DNA from: an uncultured Eubacteriales bacterium
Lineage (GTDB): Bacteria > Bacillota > Clostridia > Oscillospirales > Acutalibacteraceae
Length of the DNA stretch: 64,000 nt
Direction of reading: 5' to 3'
Assembly (NCBI GenBank): GCA_900316385.1
Contig: ONCP01000004.1
Span: 96,195-160,194 of the forward strand
In this document: in pieces, positions 58,151 to 64,000 of the stretch
How positions within the stretch are numbered: the first letter of the stretch is position 1
How the letters are laid out: every line of letters begins with the position of its first letter
Notes under the pieces: generated by a model
What the model was told of the DNA's origin: nothing
The model's database searches: none
Seen by the model: the letters and a program-made list of their open reading frames with translations, nothing else
Made by a program: the position numbers and the translations under genes

Positions 58151-58600
58151 TTGACTAACGAAGATTTTATGAAGGTCGCGCTTGACGAAGCGAAAAAGGC
58201 TTACGAGCTCGGCGAGGTGCCGATCGGAGCGGTCGTAGTAAAAGGCGACGAGATCATATCAACCGCGCACAACAGACGTGAAACAGGCAAAAACGCGCTG
58301 TTCCACGCTGAAACCGAAGCGATTTACAAGGCTTGCGAAAAGCTCGGAGGCTGGAGGCTGTGGGAATGCAGGCTCTACGTCACGCTTGAGCCTTGTCCGA
58401 TGTGCGCGGGAGCTATCGTAAACGCGCGGATCACCGAGGTGTTTTTCGGAGCCTACGATATAAAAAACGGGGCGTGCGGCTCTTTTTTGAATTTGTTTGA
58501 GATGGAAAACAATTTCAGACCCGACGTAACGGGAGGAATACTTGAAGAAGAATGCTCCGCGCTGATAAAAGATTTTTTTAAAAATATGAGAAAAAGATAA
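58151..58600 (+). CDS. tadA: tRNA adenosine(34) deaminase
   Basis: EVPIGAV, HAE, TLEPCPMCAGA; TTG start after GGAGG. Confidence 0.93.
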   Translation: MTNEDFMKVALDEAKKAYELGEVPIGAVVVKGDEIISTAHNRRETGKNALFHAETEAIYKACEKLGGWRLWECRLYVTLEPCPMCAGAIVNARITEVFFGAYDIKNGACGSFLNLFEMENNFRPDVTGGILEEECSALIKDFFKNMRKR

Positions 58601-58601
58601 G

Positions 58602-58628
58602 AGAGCTGCCGCTTAAAGCGACAGCTCT
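58602..58628. terminator. Probable bidirectional terminator between convergent tadA and cca
   Basis: agagctgccgct-taa-agcgacagctct stem with one mismatch. Confidence 0.6.
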
Positions 58629-58630
58629 GT

Positions 58631-59980
58631 TTATTCCGAAATAATTTCACTGTAAATCTCCAGAGCTCGTTTTTTGAGCTCTGTTTTTTCATTTTCAAGA
58701 GTTGCGTCGATAACGCTGTCCAGCAACAGCTCAAGTATCTTGCCGATATATTTGCCCTCGGTTATCCCGAGGTGCAGCAGATCGGAGCCGTTGACCGCCA
58801 GAGTTTTTAAGGAATAGCACTCTCCGCTTTCCAGTATCTCGTCGAATATGCGCCGCGCCGTATCAAGATTTGAGAGCTTCTGTTCCCTTTTATACTTTGA
58901 CTGAGCCAGAATATCTGCTCTCTGTATCTTCAGCAGGTTTCTAAAGTTCTCGACCCCGATATTGTTCATAACATGTTTGATCTGCTTTCGGTTGTCGGAG
59001 AACCGCACATCGTGATATTCGATCAGCGTAACTACGTCCTCAATGAACTTTGTAGGATATTTCAGCCTTTCCAGCGAGTTTTTCGCGAGCACAGCGCTGA
59101 AATGATTATGACCCTTGAAGTGATCCCGTCCGTTACTGTCCGTACGGAGCGCCAGCGGCTTGCCGATATCGTGCAGAAACATTACCATTCTAAGCAACAG
59201 CTCGTCCTCAACGTTTGAAACAGCCGCGGTTGTATGACGCCAAACTGTTTTATTGTGATGAGGCGTGTTCTGTTCGCAGTCAAAGGCGGAAACGATCTCG
59301 GGAAAGAAAACCGCGATAACATCCTTGTAGCGTCTGAGAATAAAGTTTACATTCTCGCCGCAAAGAAGTCTGTTGAACTCAGACGCGATTCTTTCAACAG
59401 CGATCTTGTTCAGGCTGAGCCTGTTTCTTACAAGAGAAAACGAGGTCGCGCCCTCAATGCTGAGACTGTATACGGAAGCGAATCTCAAAGCGCGCAGAAT
59501 GCGAAGTGCGTCCTCGCCGAAGCGCTTGTCGGGATCGCCGACACAGCGAAGCGCGCGGTACTGAAGGTCTACCGCGCCGTTGAACGGGTCCACAAGCCCT
59601 GTTTCATCGTTATAAGCCATAGCGTTTACGGTGAAGTCGCGCCGTGAAAGATCATCTTCAAGCTTATTTGTGAAGCTCACCTCGAGCGGATGACGGCTGT
59701 CGGAATAATCGCCGTCGATCCTGTATGTGGTGATCTCAAACGGCTTTGAGTCAATAATTATGCCGACTGTTCCGTGCTTCTCCCCTGTCAGGATCATATT
59801 ATGATCGGCGAAAACCTCTTTTATCTCGTCGGGCTTTGCCGAGGTCGTGATATCCCAGTCGTGCGGTTCAAGTCCGAGCAAGCTGTCACGGACACAGCCG
59901 CCTACCGTGTACGCCTCGTAGCCCGCGTCAGATAACCTTTTAAGTATAAAATTTACGTCGGAAGGAAGCTTAATCTTCAA
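58631..59980 (-). CDS. cca: tRNA nucleotidyltransferase (CCA-adding) with HD domain
   Basis: VGGCVRD, DWDITT, DLSRRDFTVNA, EDALRILRALRF, LHDIGKP. Confidence 0.93.
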   Translation of the reverse strand: MKIKLPSDVNFILKRLSDAGYEAYTVGGCVRDSLLGLEPHDWDITTSAKPDEIKEVFADHNMILTGEKHGTVGIIIDSKPFEITTYRIDGDYSDSRHPLEVSFTNKLEDDLSRRDFTVNAMAYNDETGLVDPFNGAVDLQYRALRCVGDPDKRFGEDALRILRALRFASVYSLSIEGATSFSLVRNRLSLNKIAVERIASEFNRLLCGENVNFILRRYKDVIAVFFPEIVSAFDCEQNTPHHNKTVWRHTTAAVSNVEDELLLRMVMFLHDIGKPLALRTDSNGRDHFKGHNHFSAVLAKNSLERLKYPTKFIEDVVTLIEYHDVRFSDNRKQIKHVMNNIGVENFRNLLKIQRADILAQSKYKREQKLSNLDTARRIFDEILESGECYSLKTLAVNGSDLLHLGITEGKYIGKILELLLDSVIDATLENEKTELKKRALEIYSEIISE

Positions 59981-60395
59981 CTTTGTTTTCCTCTAAATAT
60001 CTTAAAACCAATTCATCGTGTTCTTTTGACATACTTTTTATCGAAAGAAAATATATCAGCTCACATAAAATCACGGCGCAGGGCAAAATAAGTCCGAACA
60101 GAGCTCCCGTGATCAACGCGACAATTATGCTCTCAACGCAGAAGCCCAGCAAGATCCCGAGCAGAACAAGAACGTAATTGCTGACCCTGAAGCTTCCTTC
60201 GAGCGTATCGCCGTTAAGTCTGCCGTAGAATACTCTCGTCAGAAAATTTGAGCGTTTGCCATGATCGTCCTCGAGGCAAAGCGAGATTTTGTTCTCTTTT
60301 ACGCCGCCCGATAGACGAAGTCCGCTTTTCATATATCTTTTTCCGATATCTTTTTTCAGCTTTTCTTTAAAGCCGTTCTCAACCTTAAAAATCAT
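59970..60395 (-). CDS. Hypothetical small membrane protein
   Basis: 141 aa, two C-terminal hydrophobic helices, tightly packed between the ATPase and cca. Confidence 0.7.
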   Translation of the reverse strand: MIFKVENGFKEKLKKDIGKRYMKSGLRLSGGVKENKISLCLEDDHGKRSNFLTRVFYGRLNGDTLEGSFRVSNYVLVLLGILLGFCVESIIVALITGALFGLILPCAVILCELIYFLSIKSMSKEHDELVLRYLEENKVED

Positions 60396-60396
60396 A

Positions 60397-62712
60397 TCAA
60401 TAATCCTTGTTCAGCCTTTTGCTGACGTTATAAATCACATTATATAATATAACGGTTATTCCCGATAAAATCAATAGCAAATACAGCTCAAAGCACCCGA
60501 GCGGAGCAAAACGGAAGAACCATCCGAAGAAAATAATTCCGACCGTCAGACAGGTAACGATGAATATCACAAGCGCAAAACGCAAGGCGTTCATCGGAAG
60601 GCTGAGCCGTATTACGGTCATAACTCCGACCAGCGCGGTCAGTATCGCCGCCATCGTTGAAAACTGATCATGAGACATATTTCCTCTAAAGAATAATAGC
60701 GTGAAGATATTAAACAGCACCATCACGGAGCCGGGCCACGCCCTCATAAACACGTTTTTCATAAAATTGCCCTTTACCCTGTTATGATTCGGCTGGAGCG
60801 CGAGCACAAACGAGGGAATACCGATCAGAAAAGCATTCAAGAATGACATCTGAATGGGCTTGAAAGGATAATTGTAGCTGATGAATATAAACGCGAGAGC
60901 AAGCACGGCGGCGTAAATCGTCTTAACGATAAAGAGCGACGCGCTTCGCTGAATATTGTTGATCGAGCGTCTGCCCTCCGCGACGACCTCGGGCATATGG
61001 CGGAAATCGTCGTCTGTCAGTATCAGCTGAGAAATGTTCTTCGCCGCGTCCGAGCCTGAGGCGACAGCTATACTGCAGTCGGATTCCTTGAGAGCAAGCA
61101 CGTCGTTGACTCCGTCGCCCGTCATCGCGACTGTGTGTCCGTTGTTTTTGAGGATTTTAACCAGCTTTTTCTTTTGCTGAGGAGTAACTCTGCCGAAAAC
61201 CGAATATTTCTCGGCGGCTTCAATAAGCTTTTCATCGGTATCAAGAGTCGTCGCGTCAACGGCGACCTCCGCGTTCGGAACACCGACAAAGGAAGCAATC
61301 TTGCCGACCGTTTTGCTGTTATCGCCCGAAATGACCTTGAGTTGAACGCCTTGGCCAATAAAATACTGTATAGTATCCGAGGCGTTCTCCCTGATTTTGT
61401 CTCTGATAACAACCAGAGCAAGCGGCACGAGCTTTTCGGGCAAGACCTCCTTTGAGGTGAACTCCTCGTCGCTGTAAGCCAAAGTAACGACCCTGAATGT
61501 ATCGTCGATTTTTGATATTTCGCCAAATAATTCTTTATAAGAATTATCAAACATCAGCTCAGCGGCGCCGAGCACATAGCTTCTGCCGTCCGCAAGCGCG
61601 GCGCCCGACCATTTTTTCTCCGATGTAAACGGAATTACCTCCTTCGCCTTGATCAAATCGCCGTTAACATAGCGGTCGATCGCGTTTAGAGTGCTGTTTT
61701 TATCAAAAGCGCAGGCGCATAGCGATTTAAGCGCGACCTCGGCGCTGACATCGTCGTTGAGCACGATTATTTTTTCAACCTCAAGATCGCCGGTTGTAAT
61801 GGTTCCTGTCTTGTCAAGGCAAAGCACATCGACCCTCGCGAGAGTTTCGATACAAAACAACTGCTGTACGAGGACGTTCTTGGTCGAAAGTCTGATTACA
61901 GATACAGCCAGAACGGTGCTTGTGAGGAGCACCAGACCCTCGGGGATCATACCGATCAGCGCGGCAACTACCGCGGGGACCGCGTCATTAAAGCTGACGT
62001 CGTTAAAAAATCTCTGATTAACAAACAGAGCTACTCCGACGGGAAACAGCGCGATCGAGCAATATGTAATGATCCTGTTCAGGGTTATCATTATTTCGGA
62101 GTTGACTTTTTTGTTTACCTTCGCCTCCTGTTGAATCTTCGCCGCGTAGCTGTCCTTTCCGACGTTTTTGACCTTGACGTAAACCTCTCCCGAGGTGACA
62201 AAGCTGCCCGATAACAACCGATCACCAGGGTTCTTCTCAATAAGGTCGCTCTCTCCTGTCAGAAGGCTCTCGTTAGCGTAGCAGAAGCCCTCGATGATCT
62301 CGCAGTCGCACGGGATCTGCGCTCCCGATTTAAGCACTATTACGTCGTCACGGACGATCTGTTCGGCGTCGATCTCAACAAGCCTGCCGTTTCTCAACGC
62401 CTCAACAGAGCTGCTGACAACGATGGAAAGCCTGTCTACGGCTCGCTTGGAGCGTATCTCCTGAACGATACCTATCACTACATTCGTAACTATAACGATC
62501 AGGAACAGCATATCGCGAAAGGCGCCGACCATTATCAGCATCACCGCGAAAATAACATTCAGCAAATTAAAAAACGTAAAAAGATTGTCGAAAAAGATAC
62601 GTTTTATGGATTTTGATTTTGCGTCCGAGTTGGTATTTACAAGACCCTGTTCGACCCGTTCGTTGACCTCATTGTCGCTCAGGCTCAGCTTCAAAAGCTT
62701 TTCTTCAACCAT
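60397..62712 (-). CDS. Cation-translocating P-type ATPase (CtpE-like)
   Basis: TGES, IPEGL, DKTGT, GDGVND; about 10 TM helices; start after GAGG. Confidence 0.92.
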   Translation of the reverse strand: MVEEKLLKLSLSDNEVNERVEQGLVNTNSDAKSKSIKRIFFDNLFTFFNLLNVIFAVMLIMVGAFRDMLFLIVIVTNVVIGIVQEIRSKRAVDRLSIVVSSSVEALRNGRLVEIDAEQIVRDDVIVLKSGAQIPCDCEIIEGFCYANESLLTGESDLIEKNPGDRLLSGSFVTSGEVYVKVKNVGKDSYAAKIQQEAKVNKKVNSEIMITLNRIITYCSIALFPVGVALFVNQRFFNDVSFNDAVPAVVAALIGMIPEGLVLLTSTVLAVSVIRLSTKNVLVQQLFCIETLARVDVLCLDKTGTITTGDLEVEKIIVLNDDVSAEVALKSLCACAFDKNSTLNAIDRYVNGDLIKAKEVIPFTSEKKWSGAALADGRSYVLGAAELMFDNSYKELFGEISKIDDTFRVVTLAYSDEEFTSKEVLPEKLVPLALVVIRDKIRENASDTIQYFIGQGVQLKVISGDNSKTVGKIASFVGVPNAEVAVDATTLDTDEKLIEAAEKYSVFGRVTPQQKKKLVKILKNNGHTVAMTGDGVNDVLALKESDCSIAVASGSDAAKNISQLILTDDDFRHMPEVVAEGRRSINNIQRSASLFIVKTIYAAVLALAFIFISYNYPFKPIQMSFLNAFLIGIPSFVLALQPNHNRVKGNFMKNVFMRAWPGSVMVLFNIFTLLFFRGNMSHDQFSTMAAILTALVGVMTVIRLSLPMNALRFALVIFIVTCLTVGIIFFGWFFRFAPLGCFELYLLLILSGITVILYNVIYNVSKRLNKDY

Positions 62713-62878
62713 ATAAACCTCAATAATTAGAATTAATTTAAAAAATTGTAAAAACAATCGCTCCATTCAAGCGCGATCGATATTCATTGTTAATTACTTT
62801 TGATTCGATTTAAGTTACCATTTTATTATACACCATCTTTTCAAAAAATAATAGTGTTATTTGAAAGGAGGTGAAAAA

Positions 62879-63883
62879 ATGGGTAAAAATGTAAAAAATA
62901 AGACTGTTTTGTCCTCTTTGTTTATTATTATGTTAATGGTTTTCACAACGTTTTCCGCTAACGCCGACGACAGAACGGTTTTGATAGGCGGTGAAGCGTT
63001 CGGACTCAAGCTATACTGTAAGGGCGTTATGATCACAAAGCTTGACGGCTTCAGCTCGGAAAACGGCGATGTCTGCCCTGCCGAACAAGCCGGCTTGAAG
63101 CAAAACGACATTATCACCGCCGTAAACGGAAACACGATCAAAACAAACGATGAGTTGAGCGACGCGGTAAAGAACTCAAACGGAAAGGAGCTTGTGTTAA
63201 CCGTACTCAGAGACGGTAAAACAAAAACTATCCGAATAAAACCGCAAAAAAGCGACGATAAAAACTTTTATACGGGTATCTGGGTCAGAGACAGCTGCGC
63301 AGGACTCGGTACTATCAGCTATTACGACACAAAATCTATGACCTACGGAGCGCTCGGACACGGAATATGCGATATCGACACAGGTTCTATAATAGAAAGC
63401 GACGAGGGTGAAATACTGCCTGCGACGATATCAAGCGTTACAAAATCAAAAAACAACGATATCGGTACTCTCAACGGGTACTTTCAGGGAATGACGATCG
63501 GTTCTATGACGGAAAACAGCCCTTTGGGGATATTCGGCAAGCTCAGAGCGTATCCTGAAAAGGACGAGATATACACCATAGCGGATAAAAGCGAGGTAAA
63601 AACAGGAAGCGCCGAGCTGATCACAACGCTCTCAGGGACCAAACCGCAAAGGTACGAGATCGAGATCACCGACATTAATAATGATTATAAAAACTCCAAC
63701 ACAAACCTGACCGTAAAAATCACAGACAAAAGGCTGCTCGATAAGACAGGAGGGATTGTTCAGGGAATGAGCGGAAGCCCTATCATACAAAACGGTAAAT
63801 TTGCCGCGGCTCTTACTCACGTATTCCTTGACGACTGTAAAAGCGGCTACGCGATCCTTGCTCAGAACCTTGTAAAAGAATAG
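62879..63883 (+). CDS. spoIVB: SpoIVB peptidase (PDZ plus S55)
   Basis: PDZ domain, WVRD..AGLGTIS, ALGHGI, GIVQGMSGSPIIQ; start after AAAGGAGGTG. Confidence 0.93.
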   Translation: MGKNVKNKTVLSSLFIIMLMVFTTFSANADDRTVLIGGEAFGLKLYCKGVMITKLDGFSSENGDVCPAEQAGLKQNDIITAVNGNTIKTNDELSDAVKNSNGKELVLTVLRDGKTKTIRIKPQKSDDKNFYTGIWVRDSCAGLGTISYYDTKSMTYGALGHGICDIDTGSIIESDEGEILPATISSVTKSKNNDIGTLNGYFQGMTIGSMTENSPLGIFGKLRAYPEKDEIYTIADKSEVKTGSAELITTLSGTKPQRYEIEITDINNDYKNSNTNLTVKITDKRLLDKTGGIVQGMSGSPIIQNGKFAAALTHVFLDDCKSGYAILAQNLVKE

Positions 63884-63886
63884 AAG

Positions 63887-63908
63887 CCTCTGCCTTTTTT
63901 GGCAGAGG
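63887..63908 (+). terminator. GC-rich hairpin after spoIVB (no U-tract)
   Basis: cctctgcc-tttttt-ggcagagg perfect 8-bp stem. Confidence 0.5.
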
Positions 63909-63918
63909 TACATAAGTC

Positions 63919-63951
63919 TGTCGAAAAACGCTGTCGATATATTGTGTCGAA
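63919..63951 (+). promoter_or_regulatory. Three tandem Spo0A-box-like heptamers
   Basis: TGTCGAA (63919), TGTCGAT (63932), TGTCGAA (63945); consensus TGNCGAA; spo0A normally follows spoIVB. Confidence 0.65.
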
Positions 63952-64000
63952 TTAAAATGCTTTATACAACATATAGTACATAAACTTAGAAAAAGGTAAC

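Noticed and set aside
62713-62860. Possible metal or fluoride riboswitch upstream of the P-type ATPase
   Set aside because: AT-rich with only a weak 7-bp stem (cgatcgc/gcgattg) plus T-run; no yybP-ykoY, M-box or crcB core motifs recognised. An Infernal scan would settle it.
62820-62860. Sigma-F/G-like promoter for spoIVB (TTATA-N15-AAATAATA)
   Set aside because: Expected from biology but too degenerate in AT-rich DNA to support.
1-64000. Mobile elements, CRISPR arrays, tRNA/rRNA genes, dif or parS sites, defence systems
   Set aside because: None recognised by eye. Intergenic spaces are short and explained by promoters and terminators, and even the polyol cassette shows no obvious compositional shift or flanking repeats.

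Overview
64 kb of core chromosome from a spore-forming Clostridia-type firmicute (gene order and proteins look Oscillospiraceae/Ruminococcaceae-like; inference). About 60 genes, almost all on the minus strand. Housekeeping blocks: tig-clpP-clpX-lon-engB-lysA; rplS-lepB-rbgA-rnhB-yraN; miaB-ylbF-mutS-mutL-miaA-(adaptor-like gene)-yggS-sepF-ylmH-divIVA-ileS-lspA-rluD-lepB; pepP-efp; rpsU (58 aa, missed by the ORF track); ftsY-rdgB-yhbY-nadD-yqeK-rsfS-leuS; dprA-topA-trmFO-plsX-rnc-radical SAM-smc; infC-rpmI-rplT; cca, tadA and a P-type ATPase; spoIVB at the right edge. I saw no tRNA, rRNA, CRISPR array, transposase or prophage. L19 and L20 ribosomal leaders, many consensus sigma-A promoters and intrinsic terminators are readable. 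The one accessory-looking locus (52738-56988) is a four-gene tarI-tarJ-tarL-like operon. In it TarJ is replaced by a GatD-like polyol-phosphate dehydrogenase and an AlsE/Rpe-like 3-epimerase is inserted, which suggests a teichoic acid built from a non-ribitol polyol phosphate. Other points: a radical SAM gene whose only plausible start is ATT overlapping the rnc stop, and three Spo0A-box-like heptamers at exact 13-bp spacing after spoIVB. All calls come from motif recognition by eye; no database searches were run. Start codons were adjusted to RBS-supported positions where the ORF track overextends.
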